A stretch of 64,000 bases of DNA, taken from the NCBI GenBank assembly GCA_023920165.1, contig CP089280.1, positions 2,542,001 to 2,606,000 on the forward strand, in the 5' to 3' direction. Below, one piece after another: positions 40,336 to 49,983 of the stretch; positions within the stretch are counted from its first letter, which is position 1; every line of letters begins with the position of its first letter. The translations under genes and the position numbers were made by a program. Under the pieces are notes generated by a model, which saw only the letters and a program-made list of their open reading frames with translations, was not told the DNA's origin and made no database searches. Origin of the DNA: Curvularia clavata (taxonomy: Eukaryota).

Positions 40336-40547
40336 TGTAAGGTCACAGGCCCAGAAGCATGACTCAGCTGCCACTTACGCCACCTATGGGTTGACTCGGC
40401 TGTCAGCTGCGCTACTTTAGTCTACTACCTTACTTCTTACTCTCTTTTTACTCTTTACTTTCTTTTTACTTCTTAATACTAGACTATAGACTTAATAAGC
40501 TATACAATAGTAACTTTATTACGATACATATATTTCTTAATATACTA
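40336..40547. repeat. Probable LTR fragment (outermost layer of the nest), interrupted by the Fot1-like element
   Basis: Begins TGTAAGG at the abrupt switch to AT-rich RIP sequence and has LTR-like pyrimidine tracts; the other end is not in the window. Confidence 0.35.
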
Positions 40548-40966
40548 ACGTACCTCACGGGTTCGCGGTCCACACGGGTTCACGGTCCACTTTTGCCAAG
40601 ACCCCACCAAAACCACCACATTATGGCCTAATACAGCCCAACCTTGGCTAGTTTAATATAAAAAAATATAAAATACTATTTAGAGCCTACTTCTACTTCA
40701 TTCTTACACGTTCGCGCGTTATACCTAGTCCTATTGCACCGTCTACACCGCCGTTGAGACAGTTTACCCACTTTAGCGCGCTTCTACTTCTTTAACTTCT
40801 TCCTATTACTACGCACTCTAAAGTCCTAGAGAGTAGTTAAGCGCGCTCTATCTTTAACTATTAAGATCCTTTCTATCTAAACCCGCTTTCTTTTATGCGA
40901 TTTTCGTCGCGTAGTGGCTGCGTTAGCTGTTTTAAGCTTACTAATCTATTTTTATACCAACACTAG

Positions 40967-41454
40967 TGTTACACGGGGTCCTACTGGTTAGTTGGGAATA
41001 TACTTACCTAGCCTAGATTCCGGGTTAGGGCGAGGCCAGTTTCTACAAAGTATACCGTGAGGTAGTTGTCTGGCGATTCGGTGGTAGAGATTAACAAAAG
41101 ATAGACAAAACCAATTCTATTAGAAGATAGAATAACTAGTATCAATCTAAGTATAAAAGGTAACTATAAAAGATACTTTGCTAAATTAACCACAACAAGT
41201 GTAATAATGAAATCCAACACATTCTTATACCCATTACTTCCAGTCCTATCATCCCGTCCATCCCTTCTTGGCGGGAGGACTGGGATGGCGTTGCCATCCC
41301 TACTTACACTGCCATCCCAGATGGCCAGCCTTGGCGGGATAACACGTCACGTGACCTCTGCCCCGCGGAGGTCCTTACCCTTTAACGTAGTCGCCCAATA
41401 GTCTCTTACCATACGGCCTTCGTCAGGAGAGATCCTTCCTTATTACCTATAACA
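40967..41454 (-). repeat. 3' LTR of Gypsy A
   Basis: Direct repeat of 47853-48340; the differences seen are transitions. Confidence 0.95.
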
Positions 41455-41593
41455 TTATCCCCCCTCTTAGGGCTATCGTCCTAATACCCTAGATTATCGT
41501 TTTCCCATATATTGCTTGGCGCTAGCGGCTTACTTAAGTATCGAGGTATGCCCATTATATCATAGGCGTTCCTTCCTCCACGCCTCCCTAACC

Positions 41594-42256
41594 ATACCTA
41601 AGATTCCGTCTTCCCGTACCCAACGCGTTCGTGCCCAGAAGTCGAACGAGGAGCGTTATACTCGTGCTGATCGTATAAAAGAGCAGAGGAACGAAATAAC
41701 TTCTTATCGTTGCAAGCGTTGTAAAGAGAAGAATCTTCACTACTTTATAGATACAGCAACTAGTCACTACGTGGGTTGTATTTCCGTAAAGGCTAAGTAT
41801 AGTCTATTTATTTCCAAGAAAGAGTAGGAGAAAGTTCAGCGTAAAAAGTGGCAGAAGCGGATCGAGATTGCGCGTTTAGAGGCTCAGCTCGCTCAAAGCC
41901 GTCTAGAACTCCTAGAGGCCAAAGCGCAAGAGCAATTATTTACCAATCAAGATCTTACTATTCTAAACTTCCAGAATCGCGCGAAAAAGCAGCCCAAGGG
42001 GAGCTCTACCCCTAGTACGGACCATCCAACAACTAAACTATTACTACCCAAACTATCAACTAACCCAGACTAGTTACAGGCTGATTCTTCTTCATCTTTC
42101 AATCCTTTATCCCTTAACTTCTTCCTTTCCTACAAGAATCCAATTCTCGTTTCTTCAGATGCTTCCAATAGTACTCACATACCAGTGACTTACAGTTCGT
42201 CAGGTTTCCTTCAGGTTCCCAGATATTATGGCTATCCAGCCATCCTTCCCATTTAA
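41594..42256 (+). pseudogene. Antisense accessory ORF of Gypsy A: Zn2Cys6-like cluster + coiled coil (RIP-damaged)
   Basis: Start ATA (RIP of ATG) in ACC-ATA-CCT. Reads CKRC-x6-Y-x8-Y-x2-C-x6-Y, with TAC/TAT at the expected Cys positions, followed by the heptad-like IEIARLEAQLAQSRLELLEAKAQ. Internal TAG codons fit TGG>TAG. Confidence 0.75.
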
Positions 42257-45200
42257 CCAAGTACTTCCACTAACTGCCTATTTTCTATAGGTCCTTAATT
42301 TCTTCGACCGTATATTCATCATCCTCAAGCTCAATATCGTCCATTAGCTCGGCTTCTAGGGGTGCAGGTTCTAGCAGTTTCTTATAAAAAACGTTGTATA
42401 TGCGCATGTCTAGTGGTAGCCGTAGTTTATAGTTTACAGGTCCTATTTTCTCTAAAATTTCAAATAGTCCTAATCAGAGATTATCTAGTTTCTTGCTTAG
42501 TCGTTTAGTTTTCAAATTTTATCATAACAAGAAAACTCTATCCCCCTTTTTAAAGGTTAGTCCCTCAATCCTTAGCTTATTCACAGCTTTAGACGTCGTA
42601 AGGTTCCTATAAGCAATATTCCTACTCAATTCTTTATACAATTCGCGCATTAGTCGGGCTTTATCGTCTGCTCCAACTACAATACTTTCAATATCCTTTG
42701 AATCTCGATAAGCAACCAGCTCATATCCATAGTTCGCGTAGTGTGGCGAGTACTTCGTTATCGCCAATCTTAAACTATTATAGGCCAATTATACTATTAG
42801 CAAGAGTTTAACCCAGTTATCTTACAGCTTATTAGCGTAAAATCGCAAATACTATTCTAGCGTTTGGTTTATTCGTTCCATTTATCCATCAGTTTCTAGA
42901 TAGAAGCTAGTCGATAGCTTCTTCTTAACTCCCAGTTTTACTAAGAACGTTAACCAGTATTTCGATATAAACAGCTTATCTCTATCTATTATAAATTCTT
43001 CAGACATTCCATACTCTAATATTAGTACCTTAGAAACTTCGTACGCGCATTCCTCTGCCATAATTATTTCTTCTATAGACACAAACTTTACCCCTTTAGT
43101 CTATCAACACATTATAACTAAAATGGTATCGCAGAGTCGAGCCGATCCTAGCTCTAACAATTTCGGGAGCTTCACTATAAAGTCCATCATTACGCTGCTC
43201 CATAGTCGCATTAGTGGCGATAAAGGTTATAACAGGCCATAGGGCTTATGTCTTTTAGGCTTATTCTGGTAATATACCACACAGTTGCCTACAACTTCCT
43301 ACACCTACGCCCTCAAGCGCGGCATATAAAACGCCTTATTCAGTCGCCTAACCATTTCGTCGATACTTGCATGTCCGTATTCTCGTGACTCATACAGTTC
43401 TTTGATAAGATCTTTTCTCATATGCGTAGGTACGTAGGGTCGACTCTCGTTCCGTAGCTCACCTTTGTTCTATAGCCCGTTAAGTTCCTTTTGCCCGTCC
43501 AATAGTACCCATTCATTCGCTTTTTATTGCCATTGCTGTTGCAACGTTTCCACTTGCTCGGCTATCTTGGCTAATCTAGCCAGATCCGGCTGGTTGTACC
43601 TCAAGCTGCCGTCAGGCATTCTCTTAAGTACTACATCGTGTGGCTCTTTGTGGCCTTTTCCGCGTAAATCAGATCTTCGGCTCAGAGCATCCGCGGCTCC
43701 GTTGAGCGATCCTGCTCAATGCGTGATTTTGAAGTCAAACTGAGCTAACATCTCAGCATATCAGACTTATCTTCAGTTAAGTTTCTTTATTATCATAAAA
43801 CTCGTAAGGTTCTAATAATCAGTAAAAACCTCGATCGTGTATAAAAGTCCTAACAGGTATACTTCCCACTATTTAAAGACATTAACTACTCTAAGTAGTT
43901 CCTTATCGTGAACATCATAGTTCAACTCTACTTCGTCAAACTTTCTGGAATAGTAGAACACGGGTCTCCATTTCCCATCTAGACACTGCTGTAACAATAC
44001 AGCTCCAAGTGCGTAATTAGACGCGTCAGTCTCGAGTCTAGTTGGTCATTAAGGATCGTACATCTCCAGTACAGGTGCCTCTAGGAACGTCTTCTTAAGC
44101 TTATCAAAAGCTTTCTATTATTCCTGTTTCTATCTAAAATCTACTTCCTTCTTCGTAATCTCCGTAAGAGATGCTATAATCTTCAAATAATCTTTTATAA
44201 ACTTCCAGTAATAGTTCGCAAGTTCTAGAAAGGACTAAACTTCCTTAACTATTTTAGACGTTTTCTAATCCCGTATAGCCTATACCTTTTTTAGATTTAT
44301 TTTCACTCCTTCGGTCGAGATAATAAATCCAAAGAACTCCATTTCCTGCGTATAGAATTCGCATTTCCCTGGCTACAGATATAGCTTATATTCCTTAAGC
44401 TTTCTGAGCACTTTCTTAACATATTCGATATATTCTTCGAGCGTTCCCTTGGAGTACACTAGTACATCGTCCAAGTAAGCTGTCGCGAAGACACCAAGGT
44501 ATTCGTGGAAAGCGTTGTTAATGACTAATTAGAAGGTCGCCAGTGCATTCGTTAGGCCGAACGGCATAACCATATACTCGAACAGTCTATATTTCGTTTT
44601 AAACACTATTTTCCATTCGTCTCCTTTCTTAATCCTAATCTGATAAAATCCTTCTCAGACATCAAACTTTGTAAACCACTTGGCTCCCTAGAGTCAATCT
44701 ATAAGCTCTATTATTAGTGGTAGTAGGTACTAATTCTTTCGGGTTACCGCGTTCAACCTTCGGTAATCGACACATAGTCGCCATTTTCTATTAGATTTCT
44801 TTACGAATAGTATAGATAAGGCTATCAGGCCTAATCCTAGTCTAATAAATCCTTTCTTAAGATTCTTCTAGAGATATTCCTTAAGCTTAGCATTGTACTC
44901 GGGCGATATAGGATACATACCTTCTAGCGTCAACTTTGCTCCATCCTTAAGAATAATCTCGTAATCCTAATTCTAATATTCCGCTAAGTCTATTGCCTCG
45001 TTCTCTTTGAATAGTTCCCTAAACTCATTCGTTCTATATTCTTTAGGAATGTCCAATAATACGTTTTTAGACTTTTCCTGGGGTAAAAGTCTATCCTTCT
45101 TGGGCACGACTTATCTTAACCAAATAACTCCTACTTGCTGAGGGTCCTTCGTATAGATTCTTGCGATCTTATACAGTGAGATCTTGCCGAATCTCCTATC

Positions 45201-47852
45201 CCAGGTTATGCACTAATTCGTTGGGCGTATCTCATATCGTACTCCAGCAACCCTTTTCGCAGGTTCTTAGCTAAGTATCGTTCTATTTCGCCAGTTGATG
45301 GCGGGGTTATAGACATCCAGCCAATCATAACCAATTAGTAGATCTGTTTCTTCTAGATCTATAATGCTGATGCTCATCTGACTCTTAGTATTAGACATCT
45401 CAAATATCACCAATTCTGTCTCGAGCCTTATTATACCTTTGCCGTATACTACAGGCGTCTCTTCGGCCGATATTACCTGTAACGGATGCTTCTTATTCCG
45501 GTATAGTATCCTATACTTCTCTACCACTTAGGGTGAGATTATTGTTCGTGCGGCACCGCTATCTATAATTGCCTATAATTTGTGTCCCTGTACATATACG
45601 GTCGTTACCAATTCCTTTAGACGATCATCGGTGTAATATACTCGTCTTAGGGTCGTTTTAAGACTGCCTTTACTAGCGTAACCCTGTCCCTGGTGGCATC
45701 CTAGTTTTTTAACGGTCCCCTGGACCTAAGCTTCCTCCCTTTCCTTTTCCGCGGAAAGTAGCCATAGTTCTATTTTACGTCTAGGTGGATTCTGCAGTTG
45801 TCGTCTGTGCAGAAGGTCCAGTATTCGTTTAGGTGGGGAATCATTTCTTCCAGCGTCTCTAGCAGGTTAATCTCCTTCATCCTATACATCCTACACTTGA
45901 TCGTCCGGCATTCCTTAGCCGCGATCGTGCCATACAGATGGTAATCTGCATATCTTGCCGCGATTCTCTATTCTCAGTGGAATCAGCATTTCTCTATACA
46001 GTTGATCCAGCAGAGCTGCTCGTGAGCTCGTTGATGTTCTTCCTTATGGATATAGCAATCCAGCATAGGGCAGTCGTTTGCCCATAGATACTTGTAATTA
46101 GGATCATACTCATCCAACTTGCATTGTTCCTTAGCATCTAAGTAGAACATACAGAACCTTCTCTTACATTTATTCCAGACAAGATCTTCGTAATCATCAT
46201 ATTGCTTCCATAGTATATAGATAGTGTAATCCATTACCTTGCACGCCTCATCTCTCAAGTGTGCGTGGCAACATTCTTCTGCGTCGTACTAGGACAGTCT
46301 TAATTCTTCAGCATAGAACTCGCAGTAGTCTATACTATCGCATTCGATCTAATAAAGCTTTCTATATTCGTCTTCACAGTCGTTTTCTAGTTCTAGTAGC
46401 TCATCCTCAAAGTACGGTTATTCCTAGACTGCCTAGACAAGTACTTCCCTGGCCATCGGCCCTATGACTACAATTCTTCTTCCTCGAAGTGGGCAGCCAT
46501 TGCCGTAGTATGCTAGGTCTCCGCATATCCAGCATAAATTTTATACAATCCGTCGCTAGACATCTATATCCTTCACAATCCAGTCAGATGGCTATAGTAG
46601 TTCCCATTTCATATATTTATCCGCTCTAACGAGCTCCGGGACAATCACATAATCCGTGTTCTCAGCTAGACGTGCTTCGTCGTAGAGGTCTAGATCGCTA
46701 AGATCGTCGTCAGAGAGTAGTGCGGATAGCTATAACTTCAGCATCCTAATCTTTACTACTGCCTGCTTAACTTCGTTCTTCGGGCAGTCTCTACGGAAGT
46801 GTCCTACTTCGCCACATCAGAGACATGCTTTATTATCATAACGCTTCTAGCGTTCTTCCTTAGAAAAGCCGTCCTAGCCCTTTCCTCAGAGTTTCTTATC
46901 TCTAGTCTTTTCTTATACTTTTCCCGTCATAATTGTATCGCCATCCTTATCTCAGTTATTGCGTTGTTTCTTAGTATTAGCCATATTAGGTCGAAATTGT
47001 CATTTCTTTTATTCATTTCGTTCCCAGATCCTATTGTCAATTCGCGTGGCCAGCTCAATTAGAGCTTGTAACGTTTCTAGCTTATCATAGTGTACTAGAC
47101 CGTCTTTAACAATTTCCTTCAGACCATCTTCAAATACCGTTCAAAGAGCTGCGTCGTCCCAATCAATTCGCGCTTATAGCTATTTAAACTCAGCTATATA
47201 AGCCAAAACGGACATAGTCTGCTTCAGGCGTATAATCGCTTTCTCTACTTAGTTCTTGGCGTCGACTTCTCCAAAAACACGTCCCATTTCGTCCTTAAAG
47301 TTATTCCAACTTGCGAATAGGGCCTTAGTTTCTTCCTTAGTCCCTTTAGTCTTTATTGACGATAGGTAGTCCTCCACATATAGTTAGACCCAGTTAGCCG
47401 CTCTTCCTTTTATATGCGTACTAGCCATAAAAATCTTTTTCTAATTACTAGATACCTCGTTAAATTCGTAGTATAGATCAATAGTAGTAAAGAACGTTCA
47501 TAGGTTGTTACGATTTCCGTTATACTTCTCGGGAGTTACCATCTTAAGTTTCTTAACAACCTTTTCATTTAGCGTAGCCATTAGCTAACTCATAAGCTAA
47601 TTAACCATATTCTACATTTCGATTATCTGCTATGCCTAAGCCTGGTGCTCACGTCTAAGATTGGCAAGTTCCCACTCAGGGGTCCCTAGGGCATGCTCGT
47701 TGCCCACTCCCTAGGTGCTTCCAGCCATATTAATGTCCTATGCAGGAGCCGGTCCCTAAACGTTAACATACTCATTAGAATTGCGTGACATGGTGATATC
47801 TCAATCAGACGCTTGGTGTTAAACCGCTTACCAAATCCATAGGTGGTCAAAG

Positions 47853-48340
47853 TGTTACATGGGGTCCTACTAGTTAGTTAGAAATATACTTACCTAGCCT
47901 AGATTCCAGATTAAAGCGAGGCCAGTTTCTACAAAGTATACCGTAAGGTAGTTGTCTAGCAATTCGGTGGTAGAGATTAACAAAAAATAGACAAAACCAA
48001 TTCTATTAGAAGATAGAATAACTAGTATCAATCTAAGTATAAAAAGTAACTATAAAAGATACTTTGCTAAATTAACCACAACAAGTATAATAATGAAATC
48101 CAACACATTCTTATACCCATTACTTCCAGTCCTGTCATCCCGTCCATCCCTTCTTGGCGGGAGGACTAGAATGGCGTTACCATCCCTACTTACACTGCCA
48201 TCCCAGATGGCCAGCCTTGGCGGGATGACACGTCACGTGACCTCTGCCCCGCGGAGGTCCTTACCCTTTGACGTGGTCGCCCGATGGTCTCTTACCATGC
48301 GGCCTTCGTCAGGAGAGATCCTTCCTTGTTACCTATAACA
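47853..48340 (-). repeat. 5' LTR of Gypsy A
   Basis: Direct repeat of 40967-41454. Confidence 0.95.
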
Positions 48341-48345
48341 ACTAG

Positions 48346-48554
48346 TGTTAGACTGTTAGTGGCGTGAAGGTACAGCACGAGATAGATGAGAGAGAACTAT
48401 GCTTTAACAGCCATGTATTCACGAGACGAATCGCTATCGAGCACCTCTAGCGATCGTGGAGGCTTTATAGCCTTAGGTAAGCCCTAGCTGACTAACTAGC
48501 GTGAAGAAGGAGGGAATTGGACCAACATGTCCCAATTTGGACCAGGTCCTGACA
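48346..48554. mobile_element. Solo LTR (209 bp) of another retrotransposon family
   Basis: TGTTAG...CTGACA termini flanked by ACTAG (48341-48345, 48555-48559). Removing it and Gypsy A restores the Fot1 transposase frame (..IAY(H)KLVL..). Confidence 0.8.
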
Positions 48555-49164
48555 ACTAGCTTATACGCGATAATAGCTACCTTTTTTAAAATCTTTTTAA
48601 AAGCTTTTATTATAGATATTGGTAAGCTATCTAGGTGCCTCTAAATTCTCTATTTTACTAGTGTTAATTGCGACCCTATTTTAAGAGTATTCCTTAGGGT
48701 TTACGACAGCTAGGGCTAGGTATTAATAGATAGAGGTGATAGAGTGTATAACTAGATATTAAGGGTGGATATAACCTGTTCTAAGTTAAATAGGACTAAT
48801 CTAGTACCTTAAAACTTTTTTTAGATATTACTAGCTATAAATAATACGTTAAAAGCCCGTCTAAAGTAAAGTAGGAACTCTTATTTAGTAATGTGGTTAA
48901 TCTAGATACGTATAAGCGATTCGACTTAACGTCTATAGACCTGCTTTAAAGAGGTAAAATAGCCTATATTAAGTGGCTATAAGAAGTAAGATGAGTATAG
49001 AGATATATAAAGAGTAATAATTTTGTTATCTTTATAGTATTTTTAGAAATCTAGCGAGTTATAGCTCTTATAGCTGTTAATAAAGAGTAGATAGTAGATA
49101 TCTACTATCTTTTTCTTTGTATACTTATTAAAGTGCTTTAGCTACGCAAGACTAAGCTTATTAG

Positions 49165-49513
49165 TGTTGTAGATCTAAGCTAGTCAGCTAATCTACAGTA
49201 TCTGGGTGCGTACTCCTATACCCAGAATCAACTTAGTCTATAGTCGATCTGTCAAGACTATAATCGATCTATAGACATCTGTCTATGACGCCAAAGATTA
49301 CGCAAGCTACTACTAGATAGATTCTTCTAGAATCTACTCCAGCCAATATATATAGTAGTAGAATAGCTAGTAGATAGAAACCAGAGCAGTTTATACAAAG
49401 TCAATCGTATCCATCAACTCTCTCCCCTAGCATATACTACTTACTTGAGTCTTTGATCAAGCTACCTCTAAGTCTACTACTAGTAGAACAAGTAGCTACC
49501 CCATACTTTGACA
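49165..49513 (+). repeat. 5' LTR of Copia
   Basis: TGTTG...TGACA; near-identical to 60848-61167. Confidence 0.95.
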
Positions 49514-49983
49514 GGTTATGAGCCCGGATTACGCGTCTATCGATCGAAGATTCTAGCAAGTCTTAGCGTAAGACTAAAGTAAGAGCTAGTATAAATATAG
49601 CTAGTCTCTTAGTAAAAGCTAGAGTTACTAAAGGTTAAGAGTAAACCACGGCTAAAAAGCTAAGAAACTCTACTAAAGCAAAAACCCTATCAGTTTAGGA
49701 GTCTCTGAGCCGCAAACGCAGCTAAATACTCTGGTTAGAGGTTAGCCGAAGCTTCTCGTAGCTAGTTGCAGACAGATCAACTCGATCGACTAGCAGCCAG
49801 AGTTCTTCATAGTAAGAACAGTAACTGCTTATTTACTGCGCTAGACTATAAACAGCTATCTAGTCTATATTTCTAGACAGACTAGCAGCACAAAATGGCT
49901 AATAGTAGTATATTTAGAGTGCCAAAGCTTAAAGGCAGCTCTAACTATGATATATAGGCACTACGGATCGAAGTAGTGCTTAT

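Larger units (their letters stand above)
40967..48340 (-). mobile_element. Full-length Ty3/Gypsy chromovirus, family A, RIP-inactivated
   Basis: 488-bp LTRs (TGTTAC...ATAACA) and ACTAG TSD at 40962-40966 / 48341-48345. PPT next to 41455, gag ATG ~47791, protease IIDSGAART ~45560, RT AYLDDV ~44470, integrase, and chromodomain YLVKWEGW...WEPEGNL ~42200-42265. Confidence 0.96.
40548..49164 (-). mobile_element. Tc1/mariner Fot1/Pot2 (Molly-like) DNA transposon, RIP-inactivated; own sequence at 40548-40966 and 48555-49164, remainder beyond the Copia
   Basis: TA + TIR ACGTACCTCACGGGTTCGCGGTCCACACGGGTTCACGGTCCAC. Transposase C-terminal knuckle RRCRRCNRTRYNARTC (~40700-40760). DDE region LLFINSYKSY...FL*PLNIGYF (RIP of DGHESH...LQPLDVGCF) at ~48940-49090. 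Confidence 0.9.

Noticed and set aside
41207..41401. ORFs MKSNTFLYPLLP... here and at 48093-48338; also 50134-50319, 56316-56609 and 56555-56785
   Set aside because: They lie within LTRs, are repeated only because the LTRs are, and have no recognisable domain.
41594..42256. Interpreting the extra Gypsy ORFs as env
   Set aside because: They are antisense, short, and lack a signal peptide and TM segment; the Cys spacing fits a zinc cluster.
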